Source: Desulfurococcales archaeon | Lineage (GTDB): Archaea; Thermoproteota; Thermoprotei_A; Sulfolobales; NBVN01 | Length of the DNA stretch: 24,000 nt | Direction: 5' to 3' | Assembly: GCA_023255965.1 (NCBI GenBank) | Contig: JAGDWE010000020.1 | Location: 14,664 to 38,663 of the forward strand | In this document: positions 23,793 to 24,000 of the stretch, piece after piece | How the letters are laid out: every line of letters starts with the position of its first letter | Numbering within the stretch: the stretch's first letter is position 1 | Notes under the pieces: generated by a model | What the model saw: the letters and a program-made list of their open reading frames with translations, nothing else | Database searches by the model: none | Told to the model about the DNA's origin: nothing | Position numbers and translations under genes: made by a program

Positions 23793-24000
23793 CTAGACCC
23801 TCTTAATTTCCTCAGGCTTAAGTAGTGATATAGCAGCCCTCTTAAGGACTCTATGGTACCTTACGACTCTAATGTATATGATCCATTGGGGGTTTTCAAG
23901 ATCAACAGGTCTATCAACGTACTTGGCTAATTCCTTAATAGAGTCTATGGTGTGTAGTTCCTCAGTAAATCCCTCATCATTAACCCTATATAGATGGCCT
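23793..24000 (-). CDS. Hypothetical protein, C-terminal fragment (the gene continues beyond the window)
   Basis: My translation of the - strand is open from the window edge: GHLYRVNDEGFTEELHTIDSIKELAKYVDRPVDLENPQWIIYIRVVRYHRVLKRAAISLLKPEEIKRV*. The TAG stop is at 23795-23793, 3 nt upstream of the mutase start. I do not recognise the family. Confidence 0.4.
   Translation of the reverse strand, partial: GHLYRVNDEGFTEELHTIDSIKELAKYVDRPVDLENPQWIIYIRVVRYHRVLKRAAISLLKPEEIKRV

Noticed and set aside
1-24000. Search for CRISPR repeats, cas genes, toxin-antitoxin pairs, restriction-modification or other defence islands, and for rRNA or tRNA genes.
   Set aside because: No regularly spaced direct repeats and no ORFs with recognisable defence-system motifs were seen. 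Every large ORF has a plausible housekeeping assignment except the partial ORF at 23793-24000.

Overview
This window is an archaeal chromosomal segment and is almost entirely housekeeping. It looks crenarchaeal (Thermoproteales/Sulfolobales-like): it is AT-rich, uses TTA Leu and AGA/AGG Arg codons, and has TTTAAA-type TATA boxes about 25 nt from starts. Operon junctions show 4-nt ATGA overlaps, and there is an internal GAGGTGA Shine-Dalgarno. In order, the window contains:
- the 3' end of an AOR-family oxidoreductase gene with an overlapping MoaD/ThiS-like protein ending in Gly-Gly
- a GalT-family transferase
- a TIM-barrel sugar-phosphate isomerase
- a truncated IS200/IS605-type TnpB relic with GC-rich hairpins
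- a tightly packed + strand run: PAC2-family protein, Hsp20, HypD, a HypC::hotdog-thioesterase fusion, a D-2-hydroxyacid dehydrogenase, two tandem FGGY sugar kinases and the archaeal riboflavin pyrimidine reductase
- a GC-rich structured non-coding island
- a complete histidine operon, hisCGABFDEHI, on the - strand
- two box C/D sRNAs found by eye in intergenic spacers
- an acetoacetate-decarboxylase-family protein, a flavin reductase, Nnr, ribH, GTP cyclohydrolase III and a phosphohexomutase
- a partial ORF at the right edge

I found no rRNA, tRNA, CRISPR array or recognisable defence or toxin system, and no convincing novel multi-gene system. The observations most worth follow-up are:
- the HypC-thioesterase fusion next to an orphan HypD
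- the GC-rich island at about 11.2-11.34 kb, which shares a hairpin motif with the TnpB relic
- sharp 85-nt and 28-nt identity tracts between otherwise diverged tandem FGGY kinases
- a hisD whose conserved N-terminus has no canonical start codon
- the two C/D sRNAs, one of which has both guides matching a conserved 16S rRNA stretch
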